This document shows positions 9,783 to 17,594 of a stretch of DNA of 32,000 nt, one piece after another; position 1 is the first letter of the stretch, and every line of letters starts with the position of its first letter. The notes under the pieces are model-generated. The model was not told the origin of the DNA. It searched no databases and worked only from the letters and a program-made list of their open reading frames with translations. The position numbers and the translations under genes are program-made. Origin of the DNA: Opitutales bacterium (GTDB lineage Bacteria > Verrucomicrobiota > Verrucomicrobiia > Opitutales > UBA9783); contig JBKSMP010000019.1 of the NCBI GenBank assembly GCA_046881885.1, positions 1 to 32,000 on the forward strand. Direction: 5' to 3'.

Positions 9783-10925
9783 ATGAAGATTCGTATTGCA
9801 AAGAGCGTTTTTGTGAGTGGTTTGCAACAGGTTTTAAATGTTGTAGGAACACGTACTTCTTTACCTATTTTGAGCAATGTTTTGCTAAATGCACGCGAAG
9901 GAGGACTGGAATTAACAACAACGAATTTAGACATGGGTATTCGCTGTTCTGTTAATGCAAGCGTCACAGAAGAAGGAAGAATCGCTTTGCCCGCACGTAA
10001 GCTTGCATCGATTATTAAAGCCTTGCCAGATGCAGAAATCGAATTGGATTGCTCCCAAAATCAAGCTAAAATCACTTGTGGTCGTTCCAAGTTTCGCATT
10101 ATGGGAATGGACGACGGAGAATTTCCAAATCTACCTATCTTTGAGCAAAACCAAGCCTTTGTTCTTGAGCAACAAAAGCTCCTTTCGATGTTACGCCATG
10201 TCTCTTTTGCGCAATCTGAAGACGAAAATCGTTATTTGTTAAATGGTGTGTTTTTCTCGTTTAAATCGGAGGAAGGAAAGACTCAATTGCATTTGGTAGC
10301 TACTGATGGGCGCCGTTTGAGTCTTATGCATCAAGATGTAGAAGCTCCAGAAGCCTTCCAAAACATGGAATTCATTTTGCCTGCAAAAGCTGTTGCAGAA
10401 CTCGAACGTTTGCTTCAACAAACCGCTCCTATTAAGATTTATTTCAATGACAAACAAGTCGCATTTGAATTAGAACTCGAAGATAGTGCTAAGGACAACG
10501 GCTTGAAGCATACGATCTATTTGGTTTCCAAAAAAGTCGAAGGCCGCTTTCCGAATTACCAGCAAGTTATTCCGCAGAATACCGAGCATCACATTCGCTT
10601 GGAACGCGCTCTACTTTTGGAATGTATCCAACGTGCTGCATTGGTATCGAACTTAGAAAATAGTACGGTTAGATTAAAGTTTGGTGAAAATCTTCTGGAA
10701 ATTTCCGCATCCAGCGCAGAATTCGGCGAAGCTCAAGAATCCATTGCAATTGCTTACGAAGAAGCACCTGTAACGATTGCCTTCAATCCGCGCTTTTTGT
10801 TAGATCCGCTAAAAGCTTTGCAAGATGATGATATTTTCTTCGAATTTAAGGATGAATTAAGCCCAGGGGTGATCAAAACAAACGATCAATTCCTCTGTGT
10901 TGTCATGCCATTGCGCTTGCAATAA
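9783..10925 (+). CDS. dnaN: DNA polymerase III beta sliding clamp
   Basis: About 380 aa. MKIRIAKSVFVSGLQQVLNVVGTRTSLPILSNVLL, LVATDGRRLS, C-terminal VVMPLRL. The track ORF starts at GTG 9780; the ATG at 9783 is preferred. Confidence 0.9.
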   Translation: MKIRIAKSVFVSGLQQVLNVVGTRTSLPILSNVLLNAREGGLELTTTNLDMGIRCSVNASVTEEGRIALPARKLASIIKALPDAEIELDCSQNQAKITCGRSKFRIMGMDDGEFPNLPIFEQNQAFVLEQQKLLSMLRHVSFAQSEDENRYLLNGVFFSFKSEEGKTQLHLVATDGRRLSLMHQDVEAPEAFQNMEFILPAKAVAELERLLQQTAPIKIYFNDKQVAFELELEDSAKDNGLKHTIYLVSKKVEGRFPNYQQVIPQNTEHHIRLERALLLECIQRAALVSNLENSTVRLKFGENLLEISASSAEFGEAQESIAIAYEEAPVTIAFNPRFLLDPLKALQDDDIFFEFKDELSPGVIKTNDQFLCVVMPLRLQ

Positions 10926-10930
10926 GTACC

Positions 10931-12160
10931 ATGCGTTCATGGGGTCTTGCATTAGCTTTTCGTTATCTTTTTCCTAAAGAGCGCAAGGGGACGTTTTTTA
11001 CCTGGATTTCGATCTTAGGGATCGCAGCAGGGGTTACTCTGCTGTGTGTTGTTTTAAGCATTATGAGCGGTTTTGATCGTACGATAGAAAGCCGTTTGGT
11101 TCAAATCAATGGTCCTGTAAAGATCTTATCTTCGCAACTTATCGGAAATTACCAAAATTGGGCTTCTGAAATTCAGCAAATCCAACATGTAAAAGCCGTT
11201 ACGCCGTTTATTCAAGGAGTAGCCTTAGTTCAATGTGAAAATCGAATTGCCTTTCCAAAATGCTTAGGGTTGGATCCAGAGACGGCAAACCAGGTCCTTC
11301 CGCTAAAGTCTTTCATTCAAGAAGGGCGTTTGGAAGACTTAAACGAGGGTATCTTTCTAACGGCTCCACTTATGCAAGAATTGGGTGCGCAAAAAGGAGA
11401 TACAGTTAATCTGTATTCGCCCTTAGCGCTCGAAGCGATTAAACACGACGAAATGCTTTTACCGCAAGAGTGGGAAGTCGCTGGTTCGTTTAAAACCGAT
11501 TGGGCTGAAATCGACCGTGATACTTTATTGTGTTCTTTAGAGCATTTGCAAGAAGTTTATGGCCTAAAAGAAGATCAGGTACATGGCTTTAGTTTAGATG
11601 TAGATGAGGCGCATATTACAGAGGTTTGTAAAGATTTGAATCGTCGACTTCCTCATTCGATGCATGCTTATGCCTGGAATACGCTTAATAAAGATTTTTT
11701 ATATATTTTGCGGTTAGAAAAGATGATGTGTTTCTTTGTCCTCTTATTTATTGTTGGTGTAGCTGCGTTTTCCATCAGCAGTGGACTCATGTCTTCTATT
11801 GTTCGTAAACAGCGCGAAATCGCCCTACTGCGTACCTGGGGAGCAAGCAAAGCGCATATTTTAAGTCTATTTTGCTACCAAGCTTGCTTTTTAGGTGCTT
11901 GTGGTATTGTTTTAGGATTCGCGATTTCTTGGATTGTCTTGACCTTTCGAAATCAAATTGTACAGCTATTAACAGGCTGGTTTTTGCCGAAAAATGCTCT
12001 ATGGGATTTTTACGCCGTTGAACAATTGCCCGTTGCTTATTGCAAAGAAGACTTTATTTACATTACCATAGTTACCTTTATTATAACCCTTATAGCTGCT
12101 TTATTGCCAGCTTTTCGTGCGAGTTTAATGCCCATAACCAAAGGATTACGTCGTGAATAA
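10931..12160 (+). CDS. Lipoprotein-release ABC transporter permease (LolC/LolE family, FtsX domain)
   Basis: 409 aa. N-terminal LAFRYLFPKERKGTFFTWISILGIAAGVTLLCVVLSIMSGF, a large periplasmic domain, and a C-terminal FtsX-type 3-TM bundle. Followed by and overlapping a LolD-like ATPase. Confidence 0.8.
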   Translation: MRSWGLALAFRYLFPKERKGTFFTWISILGIAAGVTLLCVVLSIMSGFDRTIESRLVQINGPVKILSSQLIGNYQNWASEIQQIQHVKAVTPFIQGVALVQCENRIAFPKCLGLDPETANQVLPLKSFIQEGRLEDLNEGIFLTAPLMQELGAQKGDTVNLYSPLALEAIKHDEMLLPQEWEVAGSFKTDWAEIDRDTLLCSLEHLQEVYGLKEDQVHGFSLDVDEAHITEVCKDLNRRLPHSMHAYAWNTLNKDFLYILRLEKMMCFFVLLFIVGVAAFSISSGLMSSIVRKQREIALLRTWGASKAHILSLFCYQACFLGACGIVLGFAISWIVLTFRNQIVQLLTGWFLPKNALWDFYAVEQLPVAYCKEDFIYITIVTFIITLIAALLPAFRASLMPITKGLRRE

Positions 12161-12821
12161 GTTATTGGAAGTACAGCAGTTATCAAAGGTATTTAAAGAT
12201 TCAGAAGGTAAAGAATTACGGCTTTGGGAAAATGTTTGTTTTTCGCTGGAAGTTGGTAGCAACATGGCCATTTGTGGGGAATCGGGCTCCGGAAAATCAA
12301 CTTTATTATTAACCCTAGGAGGCTTGGAATCTCCTACAGATGGACAGGTTTTGTTTCTTCAAAAACCGATACAAGAAAGAGCGTACACGCCTGGGATTGC
12401 TTATATTTTTCAACATTATCGCCTAATTGAAGAACTGAGTGTATGGGATAACATTTTGCTGCCTGCCAAGATTCAAGGCCAATTTAAGCTCAAAACGATA
12501 AGTAAGCGAGCTGAAGAAATAGCAGAAAAATTAGATTTGAGTTCGTTACGAAATCGTTTGCCCAATACTTTATCGGGAGGCGAACAGCAGCGAGTGGCCA
12601 TTGCACGCGCGCTTATAACTCAACCCAAACTGTTATTGGCCGACGAACCTACAGGGAGTTTAGATGAGGCCACAGGTCAAAAAGTCATGGATTTGTTCTT
12701 TTCCGTTTGCCAAGATCTTCAAACGAGTTTTATATTGGTAACACATAATCGTTCTTTTGCAAGACGAACCAATCGAGTTTTTTGTTTAAAAAAGGGAGCT
12801 TTAATTGATGAAACCTGTTAA
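12153..12821 (+). CDS. lolD: Lipoprotein-release ABC transporter ATP-binding protein
   Basis: 222 aa. GTG start overlaps the permease stop by 8 nt. Walker A GESGSGKST, signature LSGGEQQRVAIARAL, Walker B LLLADEPTGSLD. Confidence 0.8.
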   Translation: MNKLLEVQQLSKVFKDSEGKELRLWENVCFSLEVGSNMAICGESGSGKSTLLLTLGGLESPTDGQVLFLQKPIQERAYTPGIAYIFQHYRLIEELSVWDNILLPAKIQGQFKLKTISKRAEEIAEKLDLSSLRNRLPNTLSGGEQQRVAIARALITQPKLLLADEPTGSLDEATGQKVMDLFFSVCQDLQTSFILVTHNRSFARRTNRVFCLKKGALIDETC

Positions 12822-13737
12822 GTGTGGCGTTGTAGGTGTAGGGTATTTAGGGGCCCATCATGCACGTATTTATTCCGAAATGGATTCGGTCCATTTGGTA
12901 GGCGTATGCGATCTTAACCCAAAGCGTGCCGAAGAAATTGCGAATCTTTATGGATGTAAGGTTTTTCACTCTGCCGAAGAACTTGCTCAAGAATGCGATG
13001 CTTTGAGTGTGGTAACGCCAACCACAACACATGCCGCTACCGCTATTCCGCTTTTAAAATTAGGAAAACATCTGCTTGTGGAAAAGCCGCTTTGCGTCAA
13101 TCTGGAAGAAGCGCAACAAATGATTCAAACAGCAGAAACGAACCATTGCTACTTACAAGTAGGCCATGTGGAACATTACAATCCAGTAGCAAGTTTTTTG
13201 GAGGAACAAGTTCAAAATCCGAAGTTTATTACTGCTGAACGACTCGCACCCTTTACACCAAGAGGAGCGGATGTTGGCGTTGTTTTAGACCTCATGATTC
13301 ATGATCTAGGAATTGTTCTTCAACTCGTTCGTTCGCCTATAGAACGTATAGAGGCTATTGGTGTTAACGTTATCTCTAAAACGGAAGATATTGCGAATGC
13401 TCGGATTTATTTCAAAAATGGGTGCATTGCTAACTTCAATACGTCGCGCGTTAGTTTGAAAAAATCTAGAGATATTCGCGTTTTTCAGCCGAATAAGTAC
13501 CTCTCACTCGATTTTATGGAGCAAAAAGGTCACGTGCTGTATAAAGAAAATGCAGAGATCAAAAAAGAAGAAATCCCCTTGCATAAAGAAGAACCTTTGA
13601 GGGTTGAATTAAATGCTTTTGTCGATTGTGTCTTGCAATCGCACCAACCCAAGGTGGATGGTCAAGTTGCGCGATCAGCACTGGCTGTTGCCTTAGAAAT
13701 TACCCATTTAATTCAAAACAATCTACTTTCTGCTTAA
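12808..13737 (+). CDS. Gfo/Idh/MocA family NAD(P)-dependent oxidoreductase
   Basis: About 309 aa. N-terminal Rossmann motif CGVVGVGYLGAHH and the family EKP motif (LLVEKPLC). Overlaps the lolD end and shares 1 nt (TAATG) with the lpxB start. Confidence 0.8.
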   Translation: MKPVKCGVVGVGYLGAHHARIYSEMDSVHLVGVCDLNPKRAEEIANLYGCKVFHSAEELAQECDALSVVTPTTTHAATAIPLLKLGKHLLVEKPLCVNLEEAQQMIQTAETNHCYLQVGHVEHYNPVASFLEEQVQNPKFITAERLAPFTPRGADVGVVLDLMIHDLGIVLQLVRSPIERIEAIGVNVISKTEDIANARIYFKNGCIANFNTSRVSLKKSRDIRVFQPNKYLSLDFMEQKGHVLYKENAEIKKEEIPLHKEEPLRVELNAFVDCVLQSHQPKVDGQVARSALAVALEITHLIQNNLLSA

Positions 13738-14849
13738 TGGCTATTGACCTTTTAGTGATTGCAGGCGAACATTCTGGCGACAACCATGCAGCACAAGTTG
13801 TACGTGAATTGAAGGGAAAGTATCCCTCTTTATCGATTTATGCGATAGGAGGACCGGCTCTTCAAGCTGCTGGTGCGCACTTACTATTTGACTTAACACA
13901 ATGGTCGGTTGTCGGCCTTGTTGAGAGCATTAAACACTATAGCCAATTTATGCAACTGATGCATTGGACGGTCGAATGGATACGCTGTTATCAACCTAAA
14001 GTCGTGTGTTTGGTCGATTTCCCAGGTTTTAATTTACGCCTTGCTCAACGCCTCTTTCAAGAAAAGTTAAGTATTAAAGGCGGCGGTACGATTAAAGTTT
14101 ACGAGTATATCGCTCCGCAAATTTGGGCGTGGAAAGCTAAAAGACGCTTTAAAATCGCTAAATGGGTTGATTCCTTGGGTGTTATTTTCCCTTTTGAGAA
14201 AGCTTACTTTGCCGACACCTCTTTAGACGTTCAATTTGTAGGCCACCCGCTGTTAAAGGAACAAAATCCCTTCTGTTATGATCCTAATGGTAAACTTCTT
14301 TTACTCCCAGGAAGTCGTAACGCTGCAGTTCACCGTATTTATCCGCTTTTATTAGACGCTTTTCAAGAACTACGAAAAGAATTTCCGAAATTGCAAGCCA
14401 TTGTCCCTTATCCGAATGAAAGAATAAAACACTTACTGGAAACGTTTCCTAACGACTCTGTTGCCATTTGTCCATTAAACTCTTTAAAAGAAGGCTTTTG
14501 CGGCACATTGATGACCTCTGGAACGGCATCTTTCCAAATTGCACTTGCAGGTATTCCAGGTGTGGTAACTTATAAAGCACATCCATGGACTTTTTTCATA
14601 GGCAAACATCTCGTAAAAATTCCTTACCTTTCTATGGCTAATATCCTTCTTAAACAAGAACTTTACCCAGAATGCTTACAAGATTTGCCTAATCAAGCCG
14701 CTACCATTGCACAAAAGATGTCTTCGTATCTTCAACATCCTGAAAAAGCTCGTCAAACCTTTCAAGAAGGTGCATCTACCATTCGTCAAACCTTGTCAGC
14801 CTCTTCACAATTTAATGCCGCTAAATGGCTTGAAACCGGGATTTTTTAA
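13737..14849 (+). CDS. lpxB: Lipid-A-disaccharide synthase
   Basis: 370 aa from ATG 13737 (MAIDLLVIAGEHSGDNHAAQVVRELK, the typical LpxB N-terminus). YIAPQIWAWK, LLPGSR, TSGTASFQIALAGIP. The track ORF start at 13626 is an out-of-gene extension inside the upstream CDS. Confidence 0.85.
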   Translation: MAIDLLVIAGEHSGDNHAAQVVRELKGKYPSLSIYAIGGPALQAAGAHLLFDLTQWSVVGLVESIKHYSQFMQLMHWTVEWIRCYQPKVVCLVDFPGFNLRLAQRLFQEKLSIKGGGTIKVYEYIAPQIWAWKAKRRFKIAKWVDSLGVIFPFEKAYFADTSLDVQFVGHPLLKEQNPFCYDPNGKLLLLPGSRNAAVHRIYPLLLDAFQELRKEFPKLQAIVPYPNERIKHLLETFPNDSVAICPLNSLKEGFCGTLMTSGTASFQIALAGIPGVVTYKAHPWTFFIGKHLVKIPYLSMANILLKQELYPECLQDLPNQAATIAQKMSSYLQHPEKARQTFQEGASTIRQTLSASSQFNAAKWLETGIF

Positions 14850-14961
14850 CGAAAAGCACAAAAAGACTTTTTATATAATATCTTTTAAAATTTTTTAAAA
14901 ATAACTAAAACAAATATGGACATTTTGCTAAAAATGTCGTAAAATTATTTTGTAGTGTTAT

Positions 14962-15369
14962 ATGAGGTTAGCAAATTTTGTAGAACTTGTTTGTAAAAAA
15001 TTGGATATCAGTAGTCCTACTGCTCCTGTAGATAATAGCTACTTTATTGCTTATGAAAACAGTAAACTTTCTATTAGTATGGTAGGAGAAAATATCCTTT
15101 TTCAAGCAACGCTAGGGCCTCAATTAAAAGATTCTGAAGCGTCAAAAAATGCTGCTTTATTAAGTGAAATTTTACAATTTAATCTAAAGCGTATGCGCGT
15201 CTTAGATGAAAGTTTATCCTTAAATCCCGAAACAAAACAATTATGTTTACGTAAAGAATTACCGCTAGATAAATTAACCCCAGAAAACTCCTGGGATATT
15301 TTTGACGATTTTTTAACCAATGTGACTGTTATCGAAAAACGATTTTTCAGTGACGATACTTATGTATAA
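14962..15369 (+). CDS. Type III secretion class-I chaperone-like protein (CesT/YscB-like)
   Basis: 135 aa and acidic. Layout typical of CesT-family chaperones: N-terminal helix FVELVCKKLDI, beta-rich core, LLSEILQFNL, C-terminal helix. Sits directly upstream of and overlaps sctC, as yscB does with yscC. Assignment rests on pattern and context only. Confidence 0.5.
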   Translation: MRLANFVELVCKKLDISSPTAPVDNSYFIAYENSKLSISMVGENILFQATLGPQLKDSEASKNAALLSEILQFNLKRMRVLDESLSLNPETKQLCLRKELPLDKLTPENSWDIFDDFLTNVTVIEKRFFSDDTYV

Positions 15370-17440
15370 ACTCATTTACTTCATTTTAGTATTTATTTCG
15401 GGGAATTGCTTGCAAGCAGCACTTTCTTCGGATGATATTATCATTGGAGCAAATCCTGCTGGTATAGATTTTATCGATAATTTAAATGATGACAGCAGTG
15501 TTATTGGCGAACGTAAGACAGCGATTCCACAAATTTCTATTTCCACAAAAGATAATGACGATGACGACATTGTTGTGGATAACACACCTATTTTAGAACA
15601 CCAATTTTGGCCCACATCTCCATCTTATTTATACTTACGTGACAAACCCTTACCAAATGCCATCATAGATTTTTGTAAAATGCAGGATATTGATGTCGTC
15701 CTTAGTGAAAATGTAAAAACAAGTACGCAGAAAGTAAATCAATCGTTCGAGCGTGTTTTTCCTATCGAAATTTGGAATCGTTTGGTTAAATCTTGTGGGC
15801 TTATGTGGTTTTGGGATGGACATATCCTCTTTGTGTACGAATCAGGAGAAAGTGTTACAGAAACCTTACAAACTCATCCCCAACAGATTGATCCCACACT
15901 AACCATGATGAAAGCTCTCGGATTTTATGGATCCAATATGGGCCTTAATTATATGAAAGAAGGGGGTATTATTGTAGCAAGTGGTGCTCCTAAATATATC
16001 CAATTTCTTAAAGACATGACAGAAAAAATGAAATTTTACCAAAACGTAGATACAGATACCGTTGATGTCTTTATTTTTACGCTTAAACATGCTTGGGCCG
16101 ACGATAAAACCGTTGGAAACATTACCGTTCCTGGAGTTGCCAATTTGTTGACAAAAATATTGGGCGATAAAGAACAAAAAAGTGATTTTAATATGCAAGC
16201 ACCTCCTCCACGATCTGCACAAAGAGTTCAATCGATTCGTGAGGAAGGATTACAGGCACAAAATAATGCAATTATTCAAGATGATTCTGTTAAGACAGAT
16301 GGAATTCCTAGTGGTGGATCTATTATGACAGATACGCGACAAAACGCTATTATTGTTAAAGATTTCAAAAAGAACTTTCCACTTTATGAAAAGCTAATAG
16401 AAAAACTCGATATTCCGCTTGAATTGATAGAAATACAAGCTGCTATCGTAAATGTTGACAAAAATTCAGGACTTACCTTAGGAGTGAATTCGCTTCAAAT
16501 TGGTAAAGATAAGATTAAATTTCAACCTATTGGCTCTAAAGGTTCTGATGAAAACTTTAGCATTCAATGTTCAGGAATTGTAAATGGACATGAATTTATG
16601 ACCAAAATTTCCTGCTTGGAAAACTCGAATCACAGCAAAGTTTTAGCACGTCCTTCTGTGATTACGATGAATAATATCGCAGCTGTTATGGATAATAAAC
16701 ATACATATTATCTACCAGTTTCCGGATCGGGAAGCGAAAGTAAAGGCGATTTGTATTCGATTTCAGGCAGTACAAGCTTATCTGTAACCCCTCATATTAT
16801 TTCAGATAATTTGTCGCAACAACCGCAAATTCAGCTTATCTTGGATATTAAAGATGAAAACATGTCGCCAGGCACCAACGAAAAAGATAAAATCAATGTA
16901 CATTCTTCGTCTATTTCCACACAAGCTGTTGTTTACGAAGGTCAAAGTGTGCTTGTCGGAGGATATTTTAATGAATCTTATAAAGATGAAGCAAGTGGTG
17001 TACCTTTCTTAAAAGATGTTCCGCTCTTAGGAAACTTATTTAAATCGACTGCAAAAAACAAAACTGTTAGCGAACGTTTGTTTCTCATCACACCTAAAAT
17101 TATTCGTCTTTCTTATGGCCAAGATGACTATGAAGGCTTATTCCAAACTCCTTCGACCTTATTAACCGAGTCGGAACGCATAAACACTCAATACGTACGA
17201 ACCGATAATCTACTTATAGAAACACAACCAATACCAGAAAGTAACTCTGTTGAAGATTATCTAGACAACAGCTTATACGATGATTATGGCGAAAAAGAAG
17301 AATACGATAATGACGAAGATGATTATGATGAACTTGAATTAGCACTTGCTTTAAATGCCAGCGATCAAAAAGTTAGTGAAAAGAAAAATTCACGTACACA
17401 AAGACTTTGGATCAAACAAGCAATTTTTAAAGAAAATTAA
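15362..17440 (+). CDS. sctC: Type III secretion system outer-membrane secretin SctC (YscC/EscC/HrcC family)
   Basis: About 692 aa from ATG 15362 (track start GTG 15350). Signal-peptide-like N-terminus. Collinear with Ysc[19 protein letters not shown] vs [56 protein letters not shown] vs [74 protein letters not shown]...[10 protein letters not shown]. Confidence 0.9.
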   Translation: [692 protein letters not shown]

Positions 17441-17561
17441 AGTATACCTTGTATTAAAAACATTTACATAAAAAATAGGACGTAGAAAATTCGTCAAAAT
17501 ACATTAACATTACAAAACTCTTTAAAAATTTTGAAATAATAAAAAGATTTTTACATTTAAA

Positions 17562-17590
17562 AGGAAGCTTTTAAAAAGCTTCCTCTTTTT
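17562..17590. terminator. Intrinsic terminator between convergent sctC and gyrA
   Basis: Perfect inverted repeat AGGAAGCTTTT-A-AAAAGCTTCCT (17562-17584), followed by CTTTTT on the plus strand and TTTAAA on the minus strand. Lies 5 nt beyond the gyrA stop. Confidence 0.7.
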
Positions 17591-17594
17591 CTAT

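Noticed and set aside
13626-13736. N-terminal 37-codon extension of the lpxB ORF in the track.
   Set aside because: It lies entirely inside the upstream oxidoreductase CDS in another frame. The canonical LpxB N-terminus (MAIDLLVIAGEHSGD) begins at the TAATG junction at 13737.
14919-14938. Perfect palindrome GACATTTT-GCTA-AAAATGTC, 24 nt upstream of the T3SS chaperone ATG. Could be an operator or the lpxB terminator.
   Set aside because: An 8-bp AT-rich inverted repeat with a short loop is expected about once by chance in a window of this size. It is not followed by a T-run. Worth remembering only if the motif recurs upstream of other T3SS genes.
15574-15582. Perfect DnaA box TGTGGATAA (reverse complement of TTATCCACA).
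   Set aside because: It is a single copy inside the sctC coding sequence. One 9-mer hit in about 64 kb of two-strand sequence is within chance expectation, and there is no cluster or AT-rich unwinding element nearby.
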